In this document: positions 1 through 9,766 of the stretch, piece by piece
Position numbering within the stretch: position 1 is the stretch's first letter
Layout of the letters: every line of letters begins with the position of its first letter
Origin: Stramenopiles sp. TOSAG23-3
Lineage: Eukaryota
NCBI GenBank assembly: GCA_900128585.1
Contig: LT642196.1
Span: forward strand, 1-36,639
Direction of reading: 5' to 3'
Length of the DNA: 36,639 nt
Notes under the pieces: model-generated
Told to the model about the DNA's origin: nothing
Database searches by the model: none
Seen by the model: the letters and a program-made list of their open reading frames with translations, nothing else
Made by a program: the position numbers and the translations under genes

Positions 1-2682
1 TGGGAGGTAATAGTTCTGCTGGCATATACATTGTGTTCCGTTATCCTTTCTGCTGTAAGCACCTAAGAACTCGCCCAACCCACAGCCTGATGATGTCACA
101 CTCAGTGGGAATGTCTCTGCGGGTACTGCGTGGTAAATTGAGTCTTGAGTTTCGACTGTGTGGTGAATGGAACATTGGTACGATGTGCTACCTTTGGCAA
201 GAAATTTTCCATCATCGTTTACCTCGATAGTAGATGTTTGTTGCGTAAACCAATTCGCGGTCGTAAATGTGAGGATGGCCACAGGAACTTTACAATTGGA
301 AGCTAAACTCTCGACCCTGACATGAACGTCTTTGTTTTGTGGCGGTGCCGTAAGACTAATTTTATATGAAAAAACGCCGCCTTCTGAAATAAACCCTTCT
401 GTGGGCAGTACTAGCCCGGCTGGAGCGTCGTTGGTAGAGACAACAGCTGTTTTTGTCACAGTCTTTCCAACATACTTTGGGTCAGAGCTATTGGTTTGCA
501 CTGTGAGATCAAACGTGGTTCCTATGGCATATTTTCCATTCAATGCGCGTACAGTAATTTTCTGGTTGACCGTCTGCCACAAAGACGGCAAAATTGTAAA
601 TGCTGGTGGAGTGATTTCGATCAGACTGGGATTAGTGGTTTGGATAACTATGTAAACTTGTTGCAAAGGCTCGGAAGTGAGTCCTTTGATTACAAATTCT
701 TTTGCATCTCCCCCTTCTGTCAATTCAATAACGTTTGTATCCTCCAATATCGCCACGCCGGCAGTATCGTCGTCCGCAATTTGTACAATAACTGTGTTGT
801 TTGTGGCCTTTGATTGGAAGATGGAATCTTCGGTGATTGCATGGTACACGACTCGAATCGTTTCGGCATCTTGGTCGTTGTCGATGTTGTCGTTGCTCGC
901 TGCAACCGTCACCACTTGCGGCACGTTCCAATTCGACATGGTAAACACGAGAGATGGAGGCACAAGACGCACCGTCAACGGCGTGTTTGGTCTAGGCATA
1001 ACGATCGTTGCGAAGACACTCACGTTGGCAGACGGCTGCGTCTCCAACACAAGCGCGTACTTGGTGCTTGCGCCTTCGTCGATCGTCATCGGACCCATGA
1101 CTTTCAAACGGTACTCGAACGACCCGTCGTCTTGAGGAATCTGCAACTTGACGTCCGCATCGTCGTCGTTCAAGACGGATATTGTAAAGGAGGTGGGCGG
1201 TGTGTGGACATACATTTCATCTGCGCTCGTGACAGTATGCACGATCTCACACTCGGCGTAAACGGCATTCGTACCTTCGTCAATCACGTTTCCGGGAATG
1301 TCCACTTGGACGATGATGCCTTTGCTATAATTACTTTCCGTAAATACTATCGATGGGAACGGTGGCAAGGGACAGGAAATAGAAGTAAAGTTTACGAGGA
1401 CCGTCTCTTGAGGAGCCAATGAGAGCGTCAAGTTGTGCGAACTTGAGGATGTTTCAGATAAGGTGGTATCAGAGGGCAGAACAACATAGCCATGGCAATG
1501 CACACCGAGAGTTCCCGGTGTACGTTGCCGGCACTGAGTGCCAGATAGGCCAGCATTAACACACGGATTAGCGTCACACGTTACCGGCGTGAGTTGATTT
1601 CCTGTAAATGAATTGCCCTGAAAATCTGAATCTTCCATGTCAATCCGCGTGAGAACAATATCTGCAGAATTCCAATGAATTCCAGAATTGAGCCTCCATA
1701 GATTTCCATAGAATTTGCTCGCAATAACTTTTACGCTCGGTGATAAATCTGCGCACATACCACCGCCCCAATCAGCAGAATTGTAGGACACTACACACCT
1801 AGATAATACAATCGACCCGCCAGATATAAATACCCCCCCCCCCCAACTTTCATCATAAACTGGTCCTGGAACAGTCCCATAAAAAGCAGAATTACTTGTC
1901 ACGGTGCAGTCTGATAAAGTTGCTGAACCTCCGAAAACAAATAGCCCTCCTCCACTCCCTTCTTCCGCGGAATTACTGGAAATGTTGCAGTTGGATAACG
2001 TTATTGACCCAGCTAATATGAACAATCCTCCTCCTCCACATTTTGGAGTACCAGTATAAGAAATGCTTTCGGTTTGGCTTTGGCTACTTGGACCACCACT
2101 ATAGAAAACGGAATTATCGGACACCACACAGTTTAACAACGTTGTTGCCCCTGCTCTTATAAATAGACCTCCTCCATAAATTTCATTCTGACTCGAAGCA
2201 GAATTATTGGTTATGACACAGTTGGATAAGTTTGTTGACCCCCACGACATTATAGCCCTCTTTCCATGAGTTAGGATCATGTTTTCAATAATGAGTGCAT
2301 CATTGGAATTCACTTCAAACAGGAGAACACCAGACCCAGAGTTTCTAATACCATCCCACCCCCCATCTATTGCCGGCTTATGTGTTCCAATACCTGTTAT
2401 CTTCAATCTTCCACTCAAAGTAATCGTCGATGTAAATGAGCAATTAGACGATATTTTATATTCTCCTGAACTTTCTATGTTACACAGTCCATACCGGTTT
2501 TCCAATCGTCGCCGCACCATGAAATTGAAAGAATTGTTCATAGGACTATTTTCAACATGCCTGAACGTGTTGTCTTCGGAAGCTCTTTTCGTGAGTCGAC
2601 CGGGATTACGGCTTGGGAAGGGTGCGGAGACCTTGCAGGATACGCCCAAGAGCACGAGTACGAGTACAATCAGAGACGACAT
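1..2682 (-). CDS. Large secreted/surface protein, 3'-partial (>894 aa): signal peptide, Pmp-like parallel beta-helix repeats, EGF-like unit, ~4 Calx-beta-like Ig repeats, start of a Cys-rich region
   Basis: Translated by hand. The frame is stop-free from ATG 2682 to the window edge, which is probably why it is missing from the ORF track. N-terminus MSSLIVLVLVLLGVSCKVSA; RRRLE motif; repeated CxxxxNSA..GGGLFI units; CDANPCVNAGLSGTQC; LVFTMSNWNVPQVVTV and LTFTTANWFTQQ motifs with DDD ends; ends in GCGLGEF..CICQQNYYLP. Confidence 0.9.
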   Translation of the reverse strand, partial: MSSLIVLVLVLLGVSCKVSAPFPSRNPGRLTKRASEDNTFRHVENSPMNNSFNFMVRRRLENRYGLCNIESSGEYKISSNCSFTSTITLSGRLKITGIGTHKPAIDGGWDGIRNSGSGVLLFEVNSNDALIIENMILTHGKRAIMSWGSTNLSNCVITNNSASSQNEIYGGGLFIRAGATTLLNCVVSDNSVFYSGGPSSQSQTESISYTGTPKCGGGGLFILAGSITLSNCNISSNSAEEGSGGGLFVFGGSATLSDCTVTSNSAFYGTVPGPVYDESWGGGVFISGGSIVLSRCVVSYNSADWGGGMCADLSPSVKVIASKFYGNLWRLNSGIHWNSADIVLTRIDMEDSDFQGNSFTGNQLTPVTCDANPCVNAGLSGTQCRQRTPGTLGVHCHGYVVLPSDTTLSETSSSSHNLTLSLAPQETVLVNFTSISCPLPPFPSIVFTESNYSKGIIVQVDIPGNVIDEGTNAVYAECEIVHTVTSADEMYVHTPPTSFTISVLNDDDADVKLQIPQDDGSFEYRLKVMGPMTIDEGASTKYALVLETQPSANVSVFATIVMPRPNTPLTVRLVPPSLVFTMSNWNVPQVVTVAASNDNIDNDQDAETIRVVYHAITEDSIFQSKATNNTVIVQIADDDTAGVAILEDTNVIELTEGGDAKEFVIKGLTSEPLQQVYIVIQTTNPSLIEITPPAFTILPSLWQTVNQKITVRALNGKYAIGTTFDLTVQTNSSDPKYVGKTVTKTAVVSTNDAPAGLVLPTEGFISEGGVFSYKISLTAPPQNKDVHVRVESLASNCKVPVAILTFTTANWFTQQTSTIEVNDDGKFLAKGSTSYQCSIHHTVETQDSIYHAVPAETFPLSVTSSGCGLGEFLGAYSRKDNGTQCICQQNYYLP

Positions 2683-3589
2683 GATTGCTATGGGAGATGT
2701 TTGACACAAATATTCTTTTCTGAAAAAGAAAAGAGTGTCGAAATGAGTTTGTAGTTGTGCCGTTGGTATTAATATTAGTATTACTGCCTAATCTAATAAT
2801 TCCTGCTAATTTTTTCCTTGACAATTAAATGACTAAATCATTTTTTTTCATCACGATTTTTTTGTTTACCCAGACCGGCCACATTTTTATATAGGAATTA
2901 ATTTACTAAGTATACATTAACTACATCGAGAAAAAAGCAGTTTCCTGCTGTGCAATGTATATTGCTAGCATGGAATAGCATTAGAAGAAAAAAGCAACTG
3001 CTTTTTTGTTTTAGCAGCTCCCCCCCTGGTAAAAAACGACAATTCTGCTGCAGCCTCCCCCTCAGTCTATAATTATTAATACCAGATATCTCTATGTTAT
3101 TTAGTATTAATAAGGGAGAGTTGTGATGCTGTGATGACCTCTTTCATCATCGGTTTGCTCTTGGACGTTGTACTTGGTAAAGAGTTCGGTCAAGTTTGAA
3201 ATCGACCACAGGCGAAGGTTTTGATTTTTTCGTTTGGCGTTACGTTTCAGCTCTGCATTTTTGTTTTTTTATTATGGGGAAATGTCCCCCCTCTCCTTAC
3301 ATCTTTGTTGAACGCGAGAAATGTATTTCTGACTTGAAACGGCCCGTAGCAGTGGTGCAAGGTTCATCCGTTAAACATCGCAACTGGATTTGGTAGTTTA
3401 GGCAACAAGGTGTACGAACTGGGAAAGACGTGGTTCCCCAGTTTCGTTTCTAGCGTTCACAAGACAGAATCGAACACAATCTAAAAATTTACAACCAGGG
3501 CCTACTTACCATACCGACTCGTCAGCGGGGGCGAAAAAAGGAGCTGTACAAATTGCGCCGATTGAAAACGGCATGAAAGGTGCGGAAAT

Positions 3590-3898
3590 ATGCAACATCT
3601 AAGCCTTTCCGAACAGAATTGCCAACTGTTTTGGTTTCAACAACTGAAGTTGATATGGTACTATCGTCCTGAGTTTGATTCTTATTGCTCTTCCCCGGCT
3701 TGGTGTGAATTCAGCGCGAGAATGGACGACACACTTGAAATAGCCCAAACACGCTGGGACGAAAAATTCGGTCAGAAATCTTACCTACTGCAGGCATTTG
3801 ATACTGTTCGTAATATCTATTCGCCCAAGAAGCGGAAAGCAAATGACGAAGCAGGGGCGTCTAGCAAAAGACTGAAAACTGAATCGAAAAGTGTTTAG
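3590..3898 (+). CDS. Orphan short ORF or 3' fragment of a degraded gene, with bipartite NLS-like C-terminus
   Basis: 102-aa ORF ending PKKRK...SKRLK. The upstream 3274-3590 region looks coding-like but has stops in all three + frames. A hairpin starts at the stop codon. Confidence 0.35.
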   Translation: MQHLSLSEQNCQLFWFQQLKLIWYYRPEFDSYCSSPAWCEFSARMDDTLEIAQTRWDEKFGQKSYLLQAFDTVRNIYSPKKRKANDEAGASSKRLKTESKSV

Positions 3899-3980
3899 TG
3901 GACGCAAATTAACAAATTCTATATAACCAAATGCTTATTTTGCCTCCACCAAATCTGGTCGATTTATATAAGAATATTCT
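3894..3980. repeat. Palindromic hairpin block, copy 1
   Basis: TTTAGTGGACGCAAATTAA ... TTATTTTGCCTCCACCAAA imperfect inverted repeat, followed by AATCTGGTCGATTTATATAAG. Confidence 0.7.
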
Positions 3981-4020
3981 AAAAAACTAATACATATATT
4001 GATAACTTAACAAATTCATA

Positions 4021-4347
4021 ATGTCTCGACTGATTCAATTTGCTGAGCTATACATTACTCTCTCAAGAGCCTCATCTAGGATTCATATTGGATGTACTGA
4101 AATCTCGGTTTCACAAATTCCAACCCTATTGATTGCCAGCGATATCGGCTTTGATCCATCATGGAGTCAATACTTCGTTGAACGAAAGCATATTAAGTTT
4201 GAACAATTAGACGACCAGAGACGTTTTGATGAAATGGAAGCGATGTTGAAGTCTAACAAACAACTCTCAGCTTTTCTAAGATGGCATATGCGCACAACAT
4301 ATATGGTTTGGGGTTCCTGGAATTATTCTCCATCTCAAAACGATTAG
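4021..4347 (+). CDS. Orphan short ORF (108 aa)
   Basis: ATG start directly after an AT-rich spacer. No recognisable family. Followed by hairpin block copy 2. Confidence 0.4.
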   Translation: MSRLIQFAELYITLSRASSRIHIGCTEISVSQIPTLLIASDIGFDPSWSQYFVERKHIKFEQLDDQRRFDEMEAMLKSNKQLSAFLRWHMRTTYMVWGSWNYSPSQND

Positions 4348-4385
4348 CGGGTGAAAACGCCGAAACGTTTTATAAGAAAATTGAG

Positions 4386-4470
4386 GTGGAAGCAAATTTG
4401 AATCAGACTATTTAATTAAACTAAATGTGCTTCCACTAAATAATCTAAGCCGATTTATTATAAGTATATG
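4386..4470. repeat. Palindromic hairpin block, copy 2
   Basis: GTGGAAGCAAATTTG (4386-4400) pairs with TAAATGTGCTTCCAC (4422-4436), followed by AATCTAAGCCGATTTATTATAAG. Homologous to 3894-3980. Confidence 0.7.
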
Positions 4471-4872
4471 TTTTAGAATATGAATATATCCTATCTATTC
4501 GACTCACGAGTCGATCTGTAATTCTCTATAGCACCCGGGATTCGACTCAAGAGACCATACCATACACTAAAACATACACTCCTCCCGTGGGTTCCCCCTG
4601 CTGTGTCAACAATTTAAAAAAAGAATTGGATCGTTAACCACTCCTCTCACTCATCATAATAAATTTTAAAAAAATTATTAATAAGAAGAAAAGAAAGTTA
4701 GTGAGCGACTGATTCTGATAGTGTTTAATTGTGTGCTTCTAGGCAATAAAATGGATCAATTCCAACATCAGTGTACACTCCACGAACATTTATTGAAACA
4801 TAAACAACTCTTTCATTTTAAATTCTTGTAGGTATATTACATATAGCCACGACTAAAAAACATAGTGTTACC

Positions 4873-7026
4873 ATGAGCAAAAGTAAAAAAGTAACCCCTG
4901 TGGTTCCGGCTCCACATCCGTCAACTCCCACGCCTACCAAAGTGCGTACGATTGAAGTAAAAGAAGCCCAAAATGTTCAAGACTACACTAACGATAGTGA
5001 GGATGCAGGCGGTAGCGGCAAATATGTTACGTTGGAAGATATTCGTTACGGTCATGAGGATTATATTGGCCTTTCAAGATTGTCTTCCTTTTTGCTCTTC
5101 GGAGTCGTCTTTTGTGCATTTGTTTTGTGTGCAGCAAACCCGGCTCAAGGCTTGACAAAAATGCAAATATTTCAAAACATTTTAAAGACACAGGGGGAAG
5201 ATGCTTCATCGCAGAAGGCAAGAACATTCACGGACATAAAGGCCGTATACACTGGCATTATCCAGAGGTTAGTGGAAAACAGTGTGAATGGAACTCTCTT
5301 TGGAGGCAATTTGATGATGGTCTCAGCTTGGTTGAGTATTCGTACCTCCTATGGGTGCGGCGACAAGTCCTCGGTGTTACCAGGAATATACAAAAATTAC
5401 GATACGTCCTCGAACAATGCTTTGGTATTAAAATCCAGAAATAAATGTTCTGGGAGACATAGGACAGAGGCTTTCATATACCGGGTCAATGGCCTTAGGG
5501 AGGAATCTAAAGGAGGTAGAACTGACTCATTCGGTAAATGGAACGGAACCATAAATGGGTCAGGGATTGAGACTGCTATTAAAAAAGTGAAATACATGCT
5601 GGATCCTGGAAGCAATCTCTTCGCACACGTTAGGGAGACTGCATTGTACTTGTACTTTTACCAACCCATGACCAATTTGGTATACAATGTAGAGTTGGCG
5701 TATCATCTCACTCCAAATAACCCTGGAGCATTCAGGATTATCAATAGGTACGAATCAAGGGCAGCTCCATTACTACCATTTCGGGGCTCTCGAGAGATTG
5801 GCCATGCCATTTCTGCGGGTGTTGTTTTCCTGTACTGTGTGGTAAATGTATTACAAAATGTATGGTTTTTGCTCAAATTTGGAGAAAAGATTGTTCGAAA
5901 AGACCTGAATTTATTGCATGGATTGGAAGATGTTTTTTTTGCACTAGTAGAAATCGGCGCATGTGTTTGCACATTTATTGCTGTAGGGCAGTACATTCAT
6001 TATTTAGAGCGCGCATCGAGTATATCACTTCAGTCTTTCGATACACATTTGCCGAGCCCATTTGTGCATAGCCTAAAGACTTCCTGTTACGCAGCACTGG
6101 TGTGGTTATTTGTACTGTTTGGAAGAATGAGATTCCACCATGGTTTGAGCATATTCTACAACACCTTGCTCCGTGCGTCTAAAGAATTGTTTGATTTTCT
6201 GGTACTATTTGTGTTGATCATTGTCATCGTATCCCTGTGCGGGCATGTTACGTTTGGAGTGATCGCTGCAGACTACCATTTTGCTCAGTTTGATAGAGCT
6301 GTGTCCACCACGTTGGGCATTGCGTTTGGGCATTACGATTACGACACGATCGTAGGTGCTATGTTCGGTCTAGACAGTAATTTGGGGACAATGTTCTACT
6401 GGACATTAAACATAGTGATGTTTCTGATGCTAAACATACTGATGGCCATTATACTGGACGCATTTGAAAAGAACCAAGACGATCGAAAGCATATTGATGA
6501 AGCGTTTCTGAAGCTGCTGGCGTTTCGACAACCCCAAAGGCTGGCACGCCGATTTTGTTGCTCGCGTTGCCGACCAGCTTCCTTTGAGAAAGTTGACCGC
6601 TTGGACAAACGATCTGCGTACGAATTTATTGAAGAAAAGGGTTGGGCGTCTACGATATTGGATGGTAAAGTCAGCAAACAAACGAAGGACAAAGTGATTG
6701 CAGAGAGACGCAAATCGTTCAGTGAAGAAGGTGATGATCTACCACTGGCACAAGTAGCAGAGAAGGTTACGTTTACACTGGATGACCTCAAATTAATGAT
6801 GGGCGCGGAGGATAACAAGTTTGGGGGTGCTGCGGCCGCTGCTATTTTCAAGGCGTACGGAAAGGATGTGCAAGAGCGCGAGCGTTTTGAACAGAAACTC
6901 GAAGATATCCAAAGCCATGTAACCAGAAGCGTTTCAACGATGAACCGTGAAATCCGCGATTTGAAAGCCATGATCAAACATCTGGTTGCTATTAATAGTG
7001 GTGACCTGAAGCGGAAAGAAGACTAA
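4873..7026 (+). CDS. Polycystin-2-like (TRPP) cation channel
   Basis: 717 aa. S1 is followed by a large luminal (TOP-like) loop, then S2-S6. TLLRASKELFDFLVLF, pore FAQFDRAVSTTLGIAFGHYDY, S6 MLNILMAIILDAFE, C-terminal coiled coil. Confidence 0.88.
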   Translation: MSKSKKVTPVVPAPHPSTPTPTKVRTIEVKEAQNVQDYTNDSEDAGGSGKYVTLEDIRYGHEDYIGLSRLSSFLLFGVVFCAFVLCAANPAQGLTKMQIFQNILKTQGEDASSQKARTFTDIKAVYTGIIQRLVENSVNGTLFGGNLMMVSAWLSIRTSYGCGDKSSVLPGIYKNYDTSSNNALVLKSRNKCSGRHRTEAFIYRVNGLREESKGGRTDSFGKWNGTINGSGIETAIKKVKYMLDPGSNLFAHVRETALYLYFYQPMTNLVYNVELAYHLTPNNPGAFRIINRYESRAAPLLPFRGSREIGHAISAGVVFLYCVVNVLQNVWFLLKFGEKIVRKDLNLLHGLEDVFFALVEIGACVCTFIAVGQYIHYLERASSISLQSFDTHLPSPFVHSLKTSCYAALVWLFVLFGRMRFHHGLSIFYNTLLRASKELFDFLVLFVLIIVIVSLCGHVTFGVIAADYHFAQFDRAVSTTLGIAFGHYDYDTIVGAMFGLDSNLGTMFYWTLNIVMFLMLNILMAIILDAFEKNQDDRKHIDEAFLKLLAFRQPQRLARRFCCSRCRPASFEKVDRLDKRSAYEFIEEKGWASTILDGKVSKQTKDKVIAERRKSFSEEGDDLPLAQVAEKVTFTLDDLKLMMGAEDNKFGGAAAAAIFKAYGKDVQERERFEQKLEDIQSHVTRSVSTMNREIRDLKAMIKHLVAINSGDLKRKED

Positions 7027-7495
7027 AGCATATAACTATATATTTATTTATTTTAATTTTAATAGTATTAATAATAATAGTAGACGACTATAAAAAAAAT
7101 ATTGGGCTTATACTACACGACGGGTCAAATCAGAAACAAAAACAATAATTAACAAACAGCAATTATTTTTTTATTATTTTATATTAATACACCATATAGC
7201 CTAATACTACAACTAAGTTTTTTTTGTTTTTTTTTACTATAATAATAATGATAAAACAATAATCAAAATAAATCTGATTCCAAAAAGTTCGTAAATTTTT
7301 ATACACTTTATACACATTTGAATGATGTTGCTGCTCCACAAATTAGAGAATATTATCAACCGCGAATGAAGAGAAGAGCGCAAATAAAACGTCAAGGACG
7401 ACCGAGGATATATTGTGACATTGAGATTTTTATGTAAAGCGACGAACGTTCTCTAATTCAACCGAACAAATTTGGCCACGACCCCTTCCCGATAT

Positions 7496-8296
7496 ATGTC
7501 GGCCGCTGCCCAGACTTTAAACAGCCCTTTTATCAAGGCTGCACAGGCGCTGGGCTTTGAGCAATGGGATATGTTACTGTGTGATCCAAAGTCAATCCCG
7601 TTCCGAAAATTTATAGCACATTTAGAAAACCAGAAGATCAGGTGTTACAAGAAAGGCGAGCGTAGTATATGCCAAAATTTAGGTGGTAAGGACTGGCCAA
7701 AGAAATTTCGGAAGTATCTCGAGGATGTAGGTTGCCCGTTTCAATGTGTAGACCAAAAAGAAACGAAGAGCAACACTTCTGCTATATTTTGGCTTGTGGC
7801 GCACGCGCTCGCATTCCAATACGAAGATAAGAAATCTTCCTACAATGAGCAAACATTGCAACAGAAGGGGTTTAATAAGAAAAGCAATGAAGGTTTAGTT
7901 GGTAAGGTTGGGGTGAATGAAACGTTGATGAAACTTGGGGCCAGCGTTGGGCTGGGCGCCGCTGAGCTGGACAAATGCGCAAGCTGTCGCAGGAAAATGG
8001 AAACTATTGAAAGCGTTATTTCAAAAAAACTTTCCCATCGCAACATGCGGTTGGCAAAGCAGAAAGCACAGGGTCAAGATAACAGCAAAACTTACCACCT
8101 GACCACGGAAGAATTTCCACTCGGTTTTAAAACAGGCAAAGCGTCGGTTGATAAAGCGGCCATCGTTCTAAAAATGCTCTATTTGTCTCAGTTACGCGAG
8201 CTGCAGCAAAGTATCAACCACGTACTGAACCTGGCCCAAGATGAATTTACTGGAAACCCTGTGACAGATTGCAAATTGGGTAAAGTTGGTCGATAA
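7496..8296 (+). CDS. RTRAF: RTRAF/CGI-99 (C14orf166) homologue, tRNA-ligase complex subunit
   Basis: LENQKIRCYK, DWPKKFRKYLEDVGCPF, LGFKTG..LRELQQSIN and the C-terminal LGKVGR signature. First ATG is 7496 (the ORF track starts at TTG 7472). Confidence 0.9.
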   Translation: MSAAAQTLNSPFIKAAQALGFEQWDMLLCDPKSIPFRKFIAHLENQKIRCYKKGERSICQNLGGKDWPKKFRKYLEDVGCPFQCVDQKETKSNTSAIFWLVAHALAFQYEDKKSSYNEQTLQQKGFNKKSNEGLVGKVGVNETLMKLGASVGLGAAELDKCASCRRKMETIESVISKKLSHRNMRLAKQKAQGQDNSKTYHLTTEEFPLGFKTGKASVDKAAIVLKMLYLSQLRELQQSINHVLNLAQDEFTGNPVTDCKLGKVGR

Positions 8297-8789
8297 TTTT
8301 CACCGTAGGAGGTACACTGGAACACTTTTGTTTGATTTTATTGTTAAAATATATACAGCATTCGAAAGCCTACTAAACCTTTGTCCGTTTTCGTATATAT
8401 TATATAGACACAGCAAAACGCTTTTGTCGATTTTATTAATATATAAACACTGTGAAGACTAAATACTAAATATATTATTAACAAACAAACAACAAAAAAG
8501 TCAGTCCGCCCCATCAAACCTTTAAAGGCACAGGCAACAGGCACACAGCAGTCAATAACCGCCCCCCGTGCCCCCCCTGCCATCATCCACCTTACGTCGT
8601 CCAGCCACGTTCGAAATTGTTTCAAAACAAGAAGATAGTAATATTATATTATAATATGGCCTGTTGACGGAGTTAATTTATTTGCCCAATTTGAAGATGG
8701 TCCAAGTTTGAAAAGGTCATAGACGCTTAGGTTACCGCTTCTACCAAGCATGCACCAATTTTGTGGACGCAAAGACGGAAAAGAAGCCA

Positions 8790-9605
8790 ATGGAATGGGA
8801 GACAGGTCCTCCGTTATCGTCGAGTGGCTCAACAGGCAGCGCCCACATCATTCGTGCGACTGAGTTTTTTCAAGGGTCCGCGCCTACTGTGGCGCTTATT
8901 GTGAACAATTGCATCGATTTGAACTTATTAAAAAACGTCTGTAACAACGCTGCGTATATTTTATGTGCGGATGGTGGGGCTAACAGATTACATGATGGAC
9001 TTCAGGGTGAAGTTATACCTGACGCTGTTGTGGGAGATTTAGACTCTCTCAGATCAGACGTCCGCTCCTATTTAATTGAGAAAGGGGCTAAAATTGTTTC
9101 GGTTATGAACCAAGACAAGCATGATTTTGATAAATCATTGGAATACTTGTATAAAAATGGCGTCAACACACTAGCTAGCGATCAGAAGAAGGAAGATGCC
9201 ACCCAAGATACGGGAAAAACGCAGGACCTTCGCGTAGTTGTTCTTGGGGGTCTAGGTGGAAGGTTCGATCAAGACATGGCCAACATAAATTCTCTATTTA
9301 AGTGGAGTCAATACTTTACCTCTCTCACTATTCTATCGCGAGAGAATAAAATACAGTTAGTGGGGGCAGGAACAACTGAACTTATGCCAGACTTGAACTT
9401 CGAAGGCCCCACCTGTGGTATAATTCCGGTGGGTGGGGGGGCAGAGCAAGTGTCCACTACAGGCTTAAAGTGGAATTTGAAGGGCGACGAAATAAAATTT
9501 GGGGGATTGATTAGCACTTCCAATGAAATTACTGGAAAATCAGTCACTATTAAAACAACACATCCTGTGTTGTGGACAACATCATTCGCCGCAGAGCGGT
9601 TATGA
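8790..9605 (+). CDS. TPK1: Thiamine pyrophosphokinase
   Basis: CADGGANRL, PDAVVGDLDS, QDKHDFDK, GGLGGRFD, TTGLKWNL, GGLISTSN. First in-frame ATG is 8790. Confidence 0.95.
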   Translation: MEWETGPPLSSSGSTGSAHIIRATEFFQGSAPTVALIVNNCIDLNLLKNVCNNAAYILCADGGANRLHDGLQGEVIPDAVVGDLDSLRSDVRSYLIEKGAKIVSVMNQDKHDFDKSLEYLYKNGVNTLASDQKKEDATQDTGKTQDLRVVVLGGLGGRFDQDMANINSLFKWSQYFTSLTILSRENKIQLVGAGTTELMPDLNFEGPTCGIIPVGGGAEQVSTTGLKWNLKGDEIKFGGLISTSNEITGKSVTIKTTHPVLWTTSFAAERL

Positions 9606-9686
9606 ACGAAGTGGCGTGTGTGTAGAAGAGCTGGCGTAAGCATATTTTACAATTATTTACACTCGCTCTGTTTAAGTTACGAGACG

Positions 9687-9730
9687 TACACGCCCTGTCT
9701 TACGAATATACACGCCCAGTCTTACGAATA
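9687..9730. repeat. 22-bp tandem duplication in the 3'-3' spacer
   Basis: TACACGCCCTGTCTTACGAATA (9687-9708) followed by TACACGCCCAGTCTTACGAATA (9709-9730), one mismatch. Confidence 0.9.
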
Positions 9731-9766
9731 TATCATACGGCATGCCACGAAAATGGAAAAAATCCT

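Noticed and set aside
33-2824. Many short ORFs in the track over the first 2.8 kb
   Set aside because: Shadow or alternate frames of the long stop-free minus-strand gene at 1-2682.
3274-3576. In-frame TAG codons as evidence of stop-codon reassignment
   Set aside because: All conserved genes translate without internal stops under the standard code, and readthrough gives no recognisable protein.
3950-4450. Hairpin followed by CTRR as Helitron 3' ends
   Set aside because: Similarity between the two blocks continues past the CTRR, only one is followed by T, and no Rep/helicase is present.
4499-4560. TTCGA motifs and the TCGACTC-AC-GAGTCGA hairpin as a tRNA
   Set aside because: No cloverleaf, acceptor stem or anticodon arm can be formed.
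2944-4605. 9-bp direct repeat CCTGCTGTG (2944-2952 and 4597-4605) as a TSD around the orphan islet
   Set aside because: No terminal inverted repeats inside it, so it is compatible with chance.
6396-6977. Long antisense ORFs (6396-6977, 14700-15347, 23294-23749, 35042-35500)
   Set aside because: They lie opposite well-supported genes and show no domain signal.
9687-9730. CRISPR-like repeat
   Set aside because: Only two abutting copies with no spacer, in a eukaryotic context.
8300-9760. TPP riboswitch near the thiamine pyrophosphokinase gene
   Set aside because: No CUGAGA / ACCUGAU aptamer signature in the flanking sequence.
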